A DNA stretch of 64,000 nt. Origin: a virus. The stretch covers positions 53,130 through 117,129 of IMG/VR virus record IMGVR_UViG_3300032268_001483. One strand, written 5' to 3'. The stretch's first letter is position 1, and each line of letters begins with the position of its first letter. The notes below the pieces were generated by a model. That model was not told the DNA's origin. It saw only the letters and a program-made list of their open reading frames with translations, and searched no databases. Made by a program: the position numbers and the translations under genes. This document shows, piece after piece, positions 63,999-64,000 of the stretch.

Positions 63999-64000
63999 GA
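63883..64000. repeat. Perfect 27-bp tandem repeat, 4 full units plus a partial unit
   Basis: Unit GTTGGACCGATTGGGCCATCATTACCC at 63883, 63910, 63937, 63964 and partial at 63991. Confidence 0.95.

Noticed and set aside
63883-64000. Tandem 27-bp repeats as a possible CRISPR array
   Set aside because: There are no spacers; the units are contiguous and encode collagen.
1-64000. Stop-codon reassignment, as in some huge phages
   Set aside because: Long conserved genes are intact in code 11 and end in TAA, TAG (glmS, neck) and TGA (paaA, acyl-CoA dehydrogenase).
1-64000. Cellular chromosome or giant eukaryotic virus origin, suggested by glmS, GNA1, paaA, greA and collagen
   Set aside because: These genes are interleaved and translationally coupled with T4-like neck, tail tube, baseplate and UvsX/UvsY genes; no ribosomal or NCLDV core genes were seen.
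1-64000. tRNA or rRNA genes
   Set aside because: No cloverleaf or T-loop consensus was found by eye in the intergenic gaps; tRNAscan-SE would be needed to exclude them fully.

Overview
This 64 kb AT-rich window is most consistent with part of a large T4-like contractile-tailed (jumbo/huge) phage genome, probably infecting Bacteroidota. The phage call rests on a gp13-like neck protein, a gp19-like tail tube, a 1913-aa baseplate-wedge-like protein, a tape-measure-like protein, a 12.7 kb tail-fibre/lectin locus, UvsX, UvsY, a gp47/SbcD nuclease, a possible sliding clamp and NrdB. The host call rests on a canonical TTTG-N19-TAnnTTTG promoter, A-rich start contexts without obvious Shine-Dalgarno motifs, and Bacteroidota-style lipoproteins. 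The window carries unusual metabolic genes (guaC, a lone paaA, a glutaryl-CoA-dehydrogenase-like enzyme, glmS with a GNA1-type acetyltransferase, an anticodon-less class II aaRS paralog, greA) and four free-standing endonucleases. The most interesting signals are five. (1) About 18-19 otherwise unrelated ORFs share an N-terminal MK(Y/H)(L/I)KxFE(N/S)F-like tag resembling the T4 capsid-targeting sequence; the tagged proteins include ART-, papain-, kinase- and ParB-like domains. (2) Three small ORFs share a separate C-terminal R[DN]xxI[DK]x[LI][LI] tag. (3) Two paralogous proteins fuse a Vsr/DUF559-like nuclease to a Mom-like GNAT domain. (4) One tagged gene is split by a +1 frameshift at an A9 run. 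(5) A conserved TTT(A/T)ATATATA late-promoter-like motif occurs more than 20 times. All family assignments come from motif recognition by eye; no database searches were run.
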